Shown here: positions 14,196 through 28,230 of the stretch, piece after piece
Layout of the letters: every line of letters begins with the position of its first letter
Numbering within the stretch: position 1 is the first letter of the stretch
Assembly: GCF_006345805.1 (NCBI RefSeq)
Contig: NC_043003.1
Coordinates: 103,168,001 to 103,232,000, forward strand
DNA: 64,000 bases
Source: Octopus sinensis
Taxonomy: Eukaryota
Reading direction: 5' to 3'
Made by a program: the position numbers and the translations under genes
Notes under the pieces: model-generated
Database searches by the model: none
What the model was told of the DNA's origin: nothing
What the model saw: the letters and a program-made list of their open reading frames with translations, nothing else

Positions 14196-14985
14196 GAATT
14201 AAAAGCAGCTCTTAGACTCCTTTCTACTATAGACACTAAGATTGACATTTTGTGAGAGGTGAGGATAAGACGATTACTTCGACTCCAGTGCGTAACTGGC
14301 ACTTAATTTATCGACCCCGAAAGGATGAAAGACAAAGTCGACCTCGGCGAAATTTGAACTCAGAACGTAAAAACGGACGAAATGCCGGTAAGCAATTTGC
14401 CCGGCGTGCTAACGATGATTCGGTTAGCTCGCCGCCTTAAACAGCACTAATAATGTAAGCATTATTGATTGCACATATATACAGTGTGTGTGTGTTTTGT
14501 TTGTACGCCAATTTGTTGCGGGATATCGTTCTGGGAAAGCTTCCTACATGACCCCGAGTGTTAAAGAACACTGACTGTCCCAGACCAGATGGGACAGCTT
14601 GCCCCGAGGTGAGCAAGAGTAACAGATATCGATATTTTACTGTTATTGTAACTCTCAGTGCCATGAACTCGACACACCTCGAATCGAAATAAATCGCCCC
14701 TCTGGGACATATTGTAAATAGTGTTCTTTAACACCTGGTGTCGTGAAGGGATCTTTCCCAGGACGTTATTCTGCAGAAAATTGGCGTATAAAGAAAACAC
14801 ACTATGTACGTGAGACCGATAATGTTTATATATATGTATATGTACACGACAGGCTTCTTTCAATTTCCGACTAACAAATCCATCCGCAAGGGTGTAATCG
14901 ATTCAGGGCTACAGCAGAAAACATTTACTCAAGGTGTCACACCATGGGGCTGAACATAGAAAGGTGGTTCGGAAACAAAATTCTT

Positions 14986-15025
<40 letters not shown>

Positions 15026-15130
15026 GCTTCATAGAAGAAATGCATGTACATCACTAACTTACATCTTGTCTTCGGTGCGGATGCTGTGTTTTTGAATAAT
15101 TTAAATCAAAGCATTATACATTTACTGATG

Positions 15131-15328
15131 TGTCTGGGGAGAGTCATTTTCTTTTTGTGCCGTATTATTTAACACACTCACCGTTAAAATTTCCAGTTTT
15201 TTTCTTATTTTTATTGTCCTAAAATTTTCGTTGCGTCTTACAACCTTTTCAATAGTTTTGACCCTCAAATTTTACCGGTGAGTGTGTTAAATAATAAGGA
15301 ACAAAAAGAAAATGACTGTCCCAAGACA
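15131..15328. mobile_element. MITE-like inverted repeat (~60-bp TIRs, ~75-bp spacer)
   Basis: 15142-15192 agtcattttctttttgtgccgtattatttaacacactcaccgttaaaattt is the reverse complement of 15267-15317 with 3 mismatches. The match extends outward to tgtct(g/t)ggga. Confidence 0.75.
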
Positions 15329-17137
15329 ACAGAATATGCTTCAACACACGAACTTATATAAAGAATCTTGCAAACCAAATCCAAAAACGAATTATACATT
15401 TACTTCCACAGCTTTGACAGAATAGACACTGCTCTGGTAACAAGACAGAAACTATACGTTTTATAAGCAAATCCATAGCCGCGTGAGATTAACGACTGCA
15501 ACAGAACTCAGTACATCACAAATCACTACAAAGGCAGTACTCCAGTTTTGATATAAGAATAAGAACTAAGTAAATTAGGATTTGCCCCCCGTGGTTCACG
15601 GAAAAATATTGTAGTGACGAATCATCATATAATATGGCTTGTTTCCTCACCGCATAGCTATATCGTACTTACATTAAATACGTTGACACTAACTTAAATA
15701 TACAATACATAGGCATATGTACCACATAAGTTCATATGCAATATACCTATTTCTTTACCACACAAAAGGGGCTAAACACAGAGGAAACAAACAAGGACAG
15801 ACAAACGGATTAAGTCGATTATATCGACACCAGTGCGTAACTGATACTTAATTTATCGACCCCGAAAGGATGAAAGGCAAAGTCGACCTCGGCGGAATTT
15901 GAACTCAGAACGCAGCGGCGGACGAAATACCACTAAGCATTTCGCCCGACGTGCTAGCGATTCTGCCAGCTCGCCGCCCTATTTATGTGCAATATATCAT
16001 TTTTCTTTCACCCTTTCATTTGTTTCAATCATTGAACTGCGGCCATACTGGGGCACCGCCTTGAAGGGTTTAGTTGAACAAATCGACCCCAGTACTTACT
16101 TTTTTTAAGCCATGTACTTTTTCTATCGGTTTCTTTTACTGAACCGCTAGTTCATGGAGACGTAACCGAACCAACACGGTTGTCAAGCAACAGTGGTGGC
16201 TAAGCAAAAAGACTCACACGTACATGTACAGGGGTGGTGCGAAAGTAGGTACATAGTTATGAAAAAGTAAAACATGTACAATACTCATTTATTATCAAGA
16301 AAATTAAAAGTTACGATAAAAGTATTATAGCTATGATAAATGTATTATAATTAATAACACTGAAAATATTAAAAACGTGGCTAATTAATTTAATATGCTA
16401 ATAATTTTAGAGAATTAAGTATTATATGTATATACACAAGACTTTGGTCGACCCAAGGCTATAATACAAGACATTTGTGCAAGGTTCTGCGCAGTGGGAA
16501 GCAGGCTACTTAACCACACAATCACGCCTGCGTCTGCCAGATAAGGTATATTTATATAAGTATAGTGCAATAATAATAATAATAATAACATAACGAAATA
16601 TGTCCGTAAATTTTCCCTTTGGTGTTGTGCTCATGCTTTGAGCTGTTTTGAGCTTTCATGGGAATTCTGACGCTCCATTTTTCATAGACCATGTTTCAGC
16701 TCTTAAGAGAAAAATGCTCTTTATACAAACCTTGTTGACTTTGAACTCCTTGACTGCCAGCTGACTTGAGGTTTGTTACAGGTACTTCATCGCTATTATT
16801 GTTGCTCCATGTAGAGTAGGTTTTGCTGGCCACTGCGACTGTATTGAATAACAGGCCGCATTAGATGTCCTATTTTGGAAATATTCATACCCTAATAGCG
16901 GAGATAGCCCACTCAACTACTTTAATGTTTGTTATTGGCAAAGGCACGCATAACAGGAAATTGAGGATCTACTAAAGCTCGTGGAGGGTAGAGGTACCTG
17001 ACACAGCATTCTGAAATGCATCTCCGTAGCGGCAGCACGAAGAACACTTTTATAACCTATGTACTACAGATGTGTACGTGTGTACAATATATGTAGCAAA
17101 TAAATTATATAAAGGATTATCCTGAAAGAAGCCTTTC

Positions 17138-17192
<55 letters not shown>

Positions 17193-17809
17193 TTTGTGTC
17201 TATATTTTACCCATAACTTAGCGGTTCGGTGAAATGGTCCGATAGAATACGATCCTGGCTTGAAAAAAATAAGCACAGAGGTTGATACAATATACATTTA
17301 CCATTTTTTTTTTACATAGTATTGTGTTGTTCTTCCTCTTCTACTTGTTGTGCTGTCGTTGCGCTGCTGTGATGCCATTATACTGTTATTGTAATAGTGC
17401 CGTTGTGGGGCCTTCAAGCCGTTGTGTGGCGTTGTTTTGATGGTGTTCTTCTGCATGGTGTTGTGATGTCGTTATGCTGTTGAGGCGCCGTTGTTTTACT
17501 TTTGCGGTGCTGTTGCAAGTGTAGTGCTCTTACATTCTGGTTATGGTGTGCTGTAGAAATATTGCTACGCTTCAGTTGACTGTTCAGCAATCATTATTAA
17601 TTGTTGTAAGGCGGCGAGGTGGAAGAATCGTTACCACACTGGGAAGAATGCTTAACAGTATTGCGCCCGTCTTTTCGTTCTGAGTCCAAATTCCAACCCT
17701 GCTTTTCATCATTACAGGGTCGATAAAACAAGTAACAATTGAACACTGGGGCTAATATGATCGACTTCACCCCTCCCCACAAATTACTGGCCTAGCGCCA
17801 ACATTTGAA

Positions 17810-18590
17810 GGATCTTTTCCTTTTGAACGGCAGATGTCAACACAATTTCTAGTTAACTAAACACTTTTAAACTTCGTATACTGGTAGAATGTGTTTATAA
17901 AACATCATTTTTTCTTGGCTTTATTGAGAAAATTCTATGTTATAACATATTCCCACTTTAAAATCGAGCATTTTGGCAATTTTAACCAATCGCTCACCTC
18001 CATTTGGGGTGAAAAGATTCCGTGCTGTATGAATATGCCCCTCGTTTAAGAAACAGATTGGGTTTATTTACATTTGCGAAGAAAAAAAGATACCCTTCCC
18101 CCACCCCTAACCCTAATCCTAAAATAGATTGAAATGCAATAGATCGATACCAGGGCCATAATTATGACACCACTACGGAAAATGGGATTTTTTTCTAGCG
18201 GTGTCAAATGAAAATGTCACCCATAATTATGGTCCTGGTATCGATCTATTGCATTTCAATCTATTTTAGGATTAGGGTTAGGGTTAGGGGTGGGGGTGGG
18301 GGAAGGGTATCTTTTTTTCTTCGCAAATGTAAATAAACACAATCTGTTTCTTAAACGAGGGGCATATTCATACAGCACGGAATCTTTTCACCCCAAATGG
18401 AGATGAGCGATTGGTTAAAATTGCCAAAATGCTCGATTTTAAAGTGGGAATATGTTATAACATAGAATTTTCTCAATAAAGCCAAGAAAAAATGATGTTT
18501 TATAAACACATTCTACCAATATACGAAGTTTAAAAGTGTTTAGTTAACTAGAAATTGTGTTGACATCTGCCGTTCAAAAGGAAAAGATCC
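17810..18590. mobile_element. 781-bp near-perfect palindromic non-autonomous DNA transposon, 8-bp TSD (Merlin-like inferred)
   Basis: Arms of ~360-380 bp are almost identical. Termini GGATCTTTTCC...GGAAAAGATCC. TSD catttgaa at 17802-17809 and 18591-18598. Inserted in the 3' end of a family A SINE. Confidence 0.9.
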
Positions 18591-19099
18591 CATTTGAAAT
18601 CATTATTAATTGCTGTGCATCTGTTCTTGTACAGTTATCATTGCACAAGCTTTTGTTGCACATCTATTTCTTAAGCTGTTCCTATCAGAATTGCTTCTGC
18701 TCATTTTATTATTATTGTACAGTTTCTGTTGACGATGATGGCATCCTACCGTTGTATTTACAATAGCATTTCTGCCTTTGCAGAAATGTTATTTCTGCCT
18801 TCGCGTATTTTCCAGTTACTTTATTGCATCAGACCTAATTCTGTGCTCCTTTGGTACTACTGCACCTATCCTAATAGCGTTGTGGCTTCGAAGTTACATT
18901 GTGATTGTGATTGTTGTTGCTCTGCCACTGTTTTTGAGCACTACATTTATTATTGTTGCTGTTCTGTTGCTAATGTTCCGCTGATGTTGTAACAAGATAT
19001 AATTTTAGTTAATTTATGTTAATTTATGCTGTAGTTAAACAGCTGTGATTGTGACGTTGGTGTTGTTATGTCGCCGTTATTGAACACTTTTTATTTCTT

Positions 19100-19504
19100 T
19101 CCTTTTTCTTTTTACTTGTTTCAGTCATTTTGACTGTGGCCATGCTGGAGCACCGCCTTTAATCGAGCAACTCGACCCCGGGACTTATTCTTTGTAAGCC
19201 CAGTACTTATTCTATCGGTCTCTTTTGCCGAACCGCTAAGTGACGGGGACGTAAACACACCAGCATCGGTTGTCAAGCAATGCTAGGGGGACAAACACAG
19301 ACACACAAACATACACGCACATACATATATATACATATATACGACGGGCTTCTTTCAGTTTCCGTCTACCAAATCCACTCACAAGGCTTTGGTCGGCCCG
19401 AGGCTATAGCAGAAGACACTTGCCCAAGATGCCACGCAGTGGGACTGAACCCGGAACCATGTGGTTGGTTAGCAAGCTACTTACCACACAGCCACTCCTG
19501 CGCC
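19100..19504 (-). mobile_element. tRNA-derived SINE (family B), full length
   Basis: Minus head GGCGCAGGAGTGGCTGTGTGGTAAG...GGGTTCAGTCCC and tail ...ctccagcatggccacagtcaaaatgactgaaacaagtaaaa. Near-identical copy at 53722-54108(-), older copy at 57026-57412(-). Partials at 14845-14975, 16015-16200, 16440-16535 and 56437-56660. Confidence 0.85.
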
Positions 19505-19740
19505 TTATTGTTAGTTTCTTTTGATTGTTTCTTTGTTGCATTCGTTGTCGCTGCTGCTGTTGTTGTTGTTCTTGTTGTTGTTGTACTGATGTCACAACCA
19601 TGGCACTGGTTCCCACACAAATGATTATGATGACGTCAAACAGACTTATGTCGTGACTCATGATCGAAATCTTACAAAAATACTCTTTTCTGCAATAACA
19701 CGTTTCGTTGTTGCAGTGTACGCACACACAGGCACGCACG

Positions 19741-19799
<59 letters not shown>

Positions 19800-20010
19800 G
19801 AACACACATACAGGAACACGGATACATGCAAAACAAATGTGTGACATTCCAAATGAGCATGTTGATTTAATGAATAACTGTACACATACATACACATACA
19901 CTCGCACACACGCACGTACACACGCACGCACACACGTACACGCATATACAAAACACATACACATACACAAACACATGCACACCCACACAACATATGTATA
20001 TATACATATG

Positions 20011-20045
<35 letters not shown>

Positions 20046-20379
20046 ATATATATAGTTAATCCAAACAAGAAAACACAAAAAAAACACAACGCGTGTATAT
20101 GTATATATATATATATATATAATTTTAAATAAATGTACACATACATTCATGTGTTAACGTGTTACCTATGTGTCTGTGTGTTATGTATATATATATCATA
20201 AATATACACGCACGCACACACGCACGCACAGATACTCCTAGACATAGACCTACATTCGTGTATTCGTGCGTTCATACGCGGAAACACATTCATGGATAGA
20301 TATATGGGTATTTATATGTGCGTGCGTATGTGTGTGAATACACACATACAAGCATGCGTTAAGCATATATTACGTTATA

Positions 20380-20409
20380 AATACATACATACATACATAC
20401 ATACATTCA

Positions 20410-20443
<34 letters not shown>

Positions 20444-20457
20444 CATACATACATTCA

Positions 20458-20491
<34 letters not shown>

Positions 20492-21897
20492 CATACATAC
20501 ATACATACGTACATACATACATACATGCATACATACATGCATGCATACATGCATACATACATACATACATACATACACACATACATGCATACATACATGC
20601 ATACACACACACACACATACATACATACATACATACATATATACATACATACATACTACGTACATACATACATACATGCATACATACATGCATGCATACA
20701 TACATATATACAACATACATACATACTACATACAGCATACATACATGCATACACACACACACACTACTATACATAATACAAACATACATACATACATACA
20801 TGCATACATACATACATACATGCATGCATGCATACATACATACATACATACATAGACACACACACACATACATACTTACATACATGCATACATACATACA
20901 AACATACATAGATACATACATACATACATACACACACATACATACATACATACATACATACATACATACATACATACACACACATACATACATACATACA
21001 TACATACATACACACACATACATACATACATACATACATACATACATACATACATACATGCATGCATGCATGCATACATAAATACATACATACATGCATA
21101 GATGCATACACACATACATACATTCATATATGCATGCAGACATGCATACATACATACATACATACATATGTACATACATACATAACATACATACATACAT
21201 GCATACATACATACATACATACACACATACATACATGCATACATACACACATACATACATACATACATACATACATACACACATACATACATACATACAT
21301 ACATACACATACACTCATACATACATACATACATACATACACACATACATACATACATACATACATACATACACATACACTCATACATACATACATACAT
21401 ACATTCATACATACATACATACATAACATACATACATACATGCATACATACATAGATACATACATACATACATACATACATACACACACACATACATACA
21501 TACATACGTACATACATGCATACATGCATACATACATGCATACATACATACATACATACATGCATACATGCATACATACATACACACATACATACATACA
21601 TAAATACATACATACATACATACATGCATACATACATACATACACACATACATACATGCATACATACATACACACATACACACATACATACACACATACA
21701 TACATAAATACATACATACATAAATACATACATACATATATACACACACACATACATACATACACACATACATAAACACATACATACATAAATACATACA
21801 CACATACATACATACATACATACATACATACATACATACATACATACATACATACATGCATACATACATACATACATGCATACATGCGTACATACAT
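20380..21897. repeat. ~1.5-kb (CATA)n microsatellite with CATG/CACA variants
   Basis: Directly visible. Source of all the MYVC/HTYI ORFs. Confidence 0.95.
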
Positions 21898-22297
21898 AAG
21901 AAGAGACAACAAACGGCAATGCTTCGTGTGTGCAAAAAAGATTCCTGATACAAGACGTGATGTCAGTTGCACGTAAATGCATCGAATTAAAATATCAGTC
22001 CCTTCCTATGTCTGTGTGTGTATGTGTGTCGGAAATGTGCACGTCCCTATGCTGATCAGTGTGTGTATGTGTTTGTGTGTGTGAGAAAGAGAGGGGGGAG
22101 TATGTGGGTGTGCGTGTGTGCGTATAAAAGAACTATAGAGAAACAGAGAGAAATGTATGCATACATACCTATGTATATATGAACATATAAATAGATAGAG
22201 AGACAGCAGGCAGACAGGCAGACAAGCAGATAGACAGACAGACGAATAGGTAGATAGATAGACAGGCAGATAGATAGGTATATACATACATAGATAC

Positions 22298-22461
<164 letters not shown>

Positions 22462-22464
22462 GGA

Positions 22465-23520
22465 AAATAAGAAAAGGTAGAATATGCTAAAATTTTATTA
22501 TGAAGAACATTTTAGTACCGGTTTCTAACTTAGCTATTTTTTCAACTTAGAGTAAAGCATGAAAAACAATTAGATTGTGGAAAAATGAAATGAAATATTG
22601 TCTTTTTTAATATTTCCATAGTTTTCAAATGCAACGAACATTTTCGTTTTTTTCAGTTGTCTCTGTCACTTTCTTTTACTTTTGTGGGTTCTAGGTAGTT
22701 AGCGGCAGCTAGTTTGATATGAAATCTTGTTCTTGATTGTTTAAGCAACAGTAGAGAAAGGAGGTGGGGAAGAAGAAGAAGAAGAAGAAGAAGAAGAAGA
22801 AGAAGAAGAAGAAGAAAAATGCGGGAGTAGTAGTGGTAAGACAGTAGCAGGATGTTGGTGGAATCCTCTTAAATGGGTTTATATTTTGTGATAAAGAAAG
22901 ACTTTATTAATGCGCTGACAACAGGTTATACCGTCCCTAAATTGATAGAGAGGAAAAATTCCGAAGCTGGGTTGTTTGTTATTGGCGCAAATGTCGATGT
23001 GTTCGCTGAATGCTATTTTTCTGTTTTTCGGAATTTTAATCTAGGTTCTGTGAAGAGCCATCCTTTGGCGTAGACTGTTTTGGGTTTGGCCTATGTATTG
23101 CTCACGACACCCAGGGTAGGTTAATACACATATCAGGTTCTCCGAACACATGTGAAGTTGCTTTTCATTGTGAAACATTGACCCTGTTTGAAAAAAGAAT
23201 TAGATTGACGCATATACCACAGTTAGGTCTTCCACATTTTTTTACTGACAGCTTCAGTGATGTTGTTGAGCGTATTCGGGCTTGTGTTAGGAGACTTTTC
23301 ATAGATTTGGGCTGTCTTTTGCTCTTTATGATGGTGTGCGTTTGGAGGATGATTAAATTCATTCTTTTTAGTAGGGGAATGTTTTGGAGGATGGTGTCGA
23401 AGGCTTCATGAAGAGGGTTGTGTGTAGAGATGTATGGTAGGGCTTTTGGTTGTAAATCCTTTTTAATTTGAGATGTCTGAGTTCGTGGCTGTTGAATAGT
23501 AGGGCATGTTGAAACCATAT
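22465..23520 (-). mobile_element. Penelope-like element 3' fragment (same family as 34844-38727)
   Basis: ORF 23165-23518 (LQPKALPYISTHNP...KRQPKSMKSLLTQAR...KKCGRPNCGIC) is homologous to the main copy. GIY-YIG remnant and 3' UTR with the shared tagtaccggtttc motif, abutting (GATA)n. Confidence 0.85.
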
Positions 23521-23905
23521 ATCAATTAGTGGTGGTAGTTAATTCGCGATACACGAAACACTACATACGTGCACACACATACATGTACACACACGCACAT
23601 ACAAGCACGCACACACACATACACACATGCACACGGACACACGTATACACCCACAAAGGAACACACATATACCTCCACTCACACACGTCCCCACGTGCGT
23701 ACACACACACGCACATGCGCACATGTACATGTACACACACGCACATGCACACACGTACATGTACACACATGCACATGCACACACGTACGCACACATACAC
23801 GCCCGCACACTCGTACACCACACACATACAAAAATACACACACATACATACACTCCCAAACTCACTGATACGCACACTCTTTTCTCTTTGACTTTCCTCT
23901 GTCTC

Positions 23906-23944
23906 CTGCTTCTGATGAAGAGGTTTGCTCGAAACGTAAAACAT
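23906..23944 (+). ncRNA. Minimal type I hammerhead motif (canonical core)
   Basis: CUGAUGA (23912-18), A, GAG-guuug-CUC, GAAAC (23931-35), GUA. Stem I is weak (4 of 5 pairs). Stem III ACGU has no loop and would need a dimer. Confidence 0.5.
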
Positions 23945-24041
23945 CTTTTCTTTCCTTCTCTGAGCGTCTTATTAATACTTTGCAAGTACCACATCCTCGA
24001 GATGTTGCTTTTTTCTTGTCCGTTTTTCCTCCGTTTTTTAT

Positions 24042-24078
<37 letters not shown>

Positions 24079-24243
24079 AGAGGAGGTATAAATTGAAAAA
24101 AATTATTTCACCAATTGATATGATATCCATACAGCTGCGATCATAACTTGATCCATTAAAGGAGCTTTTTTTATGAGTTCCACCAGATGAGTTAAATATA
24201 TATATATACATACATATATATAGATATATATGTGTGTGTGTAA

Positions 24244-24306
<63 letters not shown>

Positions 24307-24366
24307 ATGTATATATATGTGTGTGTGTGTGTGTGTATGTGTATATATATATATATATATATATAG

Positions 24367-24510
24367 GGAGAGTTTACGAAAACAAAAAGACGAAAACAGG
24401 TGGTGTACAAAACAAACAGATGTATTAGTATAACGCTCAGGAATAGAAAAAAGTCTTTTACGTTTCGAGCCTACGCTCTTCTACAGAAAGGAACACAGAA
24501 AAAACAAGTA
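24367..24510 (-). mobile_element. PLE-like pLTR fragment with CUGUAGA hammerhead variant
   Basis: Second copy of 6395-6642. Minus strand 24455-24490 reads CUUU-CUGUAGA-A-GAGC-GUAG-GCUC-GAAAC-GUA-AAAG. Abuts (TA)n. Confidence 0.6.
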
Positions 24511-25463
24511 GAGAATAAAGCACATATATGAACAGATATGCAGATTGAACTATCCTCCAATGTAATAGCTTAATTGCTAACTGATATATATAGAAGATAG
24601 ACACTCTATGTCAGCAATTGAAGAAGGACTCCGTGTAGGTTATCTCTGAGGAGCGATCAATAAACGATGAAACGCGCCATCAGGAGACTCACACCCTTCT
24701 TCCTTCCCCACAGCAAAGCTACAAAATGAACGACGTTACATTCTTTATATTCTTATATGGACAGGAGAAAATATCTGTTCATGAGACCTGTACACGTGTT
24801 TACATTACAATTACATAACGAAAGGTTATGATGATGAACTGTGTATACTGATATCTATTCATAGTTGCCCACAACTTTGAAAAATATCGTTATGTTCGTC
24901 CGTCGGAACGATATGAACCATCTGGTCGTCCTTTAGGGTGACTGGTGATTTGCGCGGTGACTTTGTTTAAAGTGAAGAAGAGTTGTGTACCATCGACCTC
25001 ACTTTCTCGTCTGTGACCACCTTCAATCCAATGACAAGACCCGGAAAAGACGATTGGGGATGGAGACAGGTACAAAGGATCACCAGGACGGCTTATTTAC
25101 CTCATCTTGCCTAGGCACCCCACAGTGCTTTCCTGCAACTTTCCCCTCAATTCTTCCATGAAGGTTTCTTCTACAGAATCTGTGGGATTCAATCTTCAAA
25201 AGCATAGGTAGGAAAGCCTAATATGCTAATTATCCTACAGGTGGGTCCTTACTACTCTGGGTCACAGTAATAGTAAGCAATAGTAGCTAAGCGGTGATTT
25301 TGTACTCCTCATAACCCTGGATCTCCAGAAACAGGATCGCTCTACCGAACGTAGTTAAAAGTCATATCTTGGATAATTGAAAGATGTATGTATCAGATAA
25401 TTTGCAAGTACGTTGTCTAAGGCCAGAGTGAGAATATCTTTCTCCCTCACTCTTAATAAGTTT

Positions 25464-27915
25464 TATTATTATTATTTTCATATACACACAACAGATTAGA
25501 CTGTTGGAAAAGAACAGAATCCTAACATCGGACTACAACAAGTAACCTTAGATGCCAAGAACCCTCCTAAATATCCTAGTTGTCCCTAATAACACTGTTT
25601 TCTGGAGCTGTACTGAAATGGGTTTTATGCCTATTTCCTCTATCCATCTGTTCAGATCTTTAAGCACATATAACTACTGGGATACAGTTTACCCGCACTT
25701 TCCATAGTCTCTGTAATCCAATAGCTAAGTCCTGGTACTTTGCTATTTTTTCTACACTTCTCATATTAATTGTTTCCTCATTTGGGAATGTAAAATCAAT
25801 TATCTGCAACTTTCTATTCTATTTACTACTTCTATTTACTATTTCTATTTACTACTACAAATCAGGCCTTCTAGCTTCTATTACTCCGTCAGTCTGAATG
25901 TTAAAGTTCCACTACTTCTTGTATTTCTTACTTTACTAGGTTCATGTTCATGCCATTTATCAGTATCTTCAAATCCTAGCTTTCTACATAGCTCCCAGTG
26001 GAATACTTTCCCTAGGTTGTCATGTCTTTTTTTGTATTCTTTCTGTACCAGCATGCTACATTCACTTACTATGTGAGTAACGCTTTCCTCTTTTGATTTG
26101 CATAATCTACATTGCGAATCTACTCGATTTTTATCTATCTTGGCTTTTATCCAATTAGTCCTTAATGTTTGATATTGTGCTGCTACTAACAAACTTTCTG
26201 TCTCCCCCTTAGCTTTTCTTTCTGCAACCATAACCATGTCTCACTATTATTTGCTGCAACTATCTTTGAGAATCTACGATGCAACTCCTTCTCCAGCCAG
26301 TCATGTAATTTCTGTTCTTTTTTCTGGATTTTAACTTTTATTGGTGTTTTGGTTTTCCTATGTCTTGCTGTGGCTCTAGCAGCTCTTAAGAAAGTTTCTT
26401 CACTGTTACCTACAGAGGAGTCTATATCTACTCTAGCTAACTCCACGCAGTCTTTTACTGATATTAACTCTCTTAGGCCTTCCTTTCTAGGTAGGTATAA
26501 TCTTGCTACTTCTGCCCTTGGGTGGGGTCCTCCATTCATATTGAACTCCTTCCTAGTTCTTCTGTCTAGATTTGCTAATTCAGTTTTTGTTGAGTATCAA
26601 AGTAATGATACTGTCCAAGTATTTACAGCCTTCACTAGATTCGGACCATTTAGCTTTGATTTCATGAGCTTCCTCACCCTTCTGATGTACTCCTCAGTGT
26701 TTCTTTTCATTTCTATAGTTAGTACTCTGTCAGATTCTAATACTCCTAGATACTTATAACTCTCTCCTACTTTCAATGATTTTCATATCTGGCCATCTGG
26801 TAACTGGATGCCTTTGCTGTTGACTAACTGACTCCTTCTCATGACTAATATTGCACACTTATCTGGGACAAATTCCATGCCTATATCTTCGCTGAAGAGT
26901 CTTACAGTCAGTATTAACGTATCTATCTCTTTTTCATTCTTACTAAAAAGCTACATCAATGTAGAGCAAATTGTCAATTTTTCTATTACTATTTCTGAAC
27001 TGATACTCTGCCTAAGGGGATCAAACATGGGACAAATATTAAAGGGGATAGCGAGTCCCCCTGGAAAATTCCTCTTTTGATATTAACTTTCTCTAAGACT
27101 TTGTCACATGAGTAGACATCTACTTTCCATTTCTTCGCGTTAAAGTTAATTAATTCTCTTATGTTGTCTCTTATACTGGGTATATTCAAATATCCATTTA
27201 TCCATGAGTGTGGGTTCATGTCATAAGCTTTCCTATAATCTATCCATACTATTGTTAAATTTTTCTTTCATTTAGAATTACTTTCTCTCTATATAATAGA
27301 TCATGCGGTCCTCTAGCCTTCTTCCTGCAACCTTTCTGTTCTACTGGTAGTAAATTCTGGTTGTCAAGGTACTCGTAAATGCTTTATGAAGGCATTCCTG
27401 TTAACAGCTTCCACACTAATGGTAAGCAAGTGATTAGTCTATAGTTGCTGGCTGTATTATCTTTGCTCTTATCTTTCATGCGTATTGTCCTCCCTCTAGT
27501 CATCCAATCTAGTATTATTCCTCCATTAAGGCAACCCTGAAATTGTTCCCTCAGACTCCCATGTAAACTACTGAATTTCTTTAGCCAGTACCCTTGAACT
27601 AAACCAGGTCCCAGGCCCTTCCACTTCGGTATTTTTCCCAACACTTTACTCATTAATGCACCAGTTTATCTTAAATGAGGTTGCTTGTCACTCACTACTT
27701 TTTCCCTCACTTTATTTAACCACACTGCATCTCCATTATGATTGACTGGCTTATCCCTGATATTACTCCAGAACTTTCTAGCTTCTTCTGGATTAGGTTT
27801 TTCATCTTCACTACTTCGTTCTCCACTATTTATTTGGTAACAAAATCTCCTCTGGTCTGTCTCAAATAATCTATTCTGTTGATACTGATTCTGATATCTG
27901 AAGAGACTGCCTGCC
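25464..27915 (-). mobile_element. R4/Dong-clade non-LTR retrotransposon (family A), 5'-truncated, decayed
   Basis: YQQNRLFETDQRRF..EARKFWSNI; GPGLVQGYWLKKF..SNYRLITCLPLVWKLLTG; KRGIFQGDSLSPLIF (RT); GETESLLVAAQYQTLRTNWIKAKID..CRLCKSKEESVTHIVSEC..KRHD (CCHC); RPDL..IIDF..EKIAKYQDL..RRVLGI* (RLE). Short (AAT)4 tail at 25464-25477. Confidence 0.9.
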
Positions 27916-27939
27916 TGCCTGCTACTGCTACGATGCGCT

Positions 27940-27946
27940 GTTGTTG

Positions 27947-28001
<55 letters not shown>

Positions 28002-28230
28002 CATTATTACTACTATTACTATTACTATTATGGCCGGGCTCCAACCTGGGCCGCAGCAACAAAGTCTACTCGCCACACTTCTCGGTTCATCCTCACTGCC
28101 TCGATGTCTTGAATATATTTCAGGCCTGTATCTGCAATCAAGTTGTAAATGTAAGTATGACAACGTTTTCCTGTTCTTACATCACTATGAAGTGGGTTCC
28201 ATAAGACCAATTTGGATACTTCCAGTTTAG
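27940..28230 (-). mobile_element. RTE-like LINE 3' end with long (TAA)n tail
   Basis: EVSKLVLWNPLHSDVRTGKRCHTYIYNLIADTGL..IEAVRMNREVWR resembles the RTE-clade C-terminus. It is followed on the minus strand by ~90 nt of (AAT/AGT/AAC)n. Confidence 0.6.

Noticed and set aside
18100-18300. Interstitial telomere or chromosome-fusion scar
   Set aside because: There are only 2-3 TTAGGG-like units per arm and they are integral, symmetric parts of a TSD-flanked MITE.
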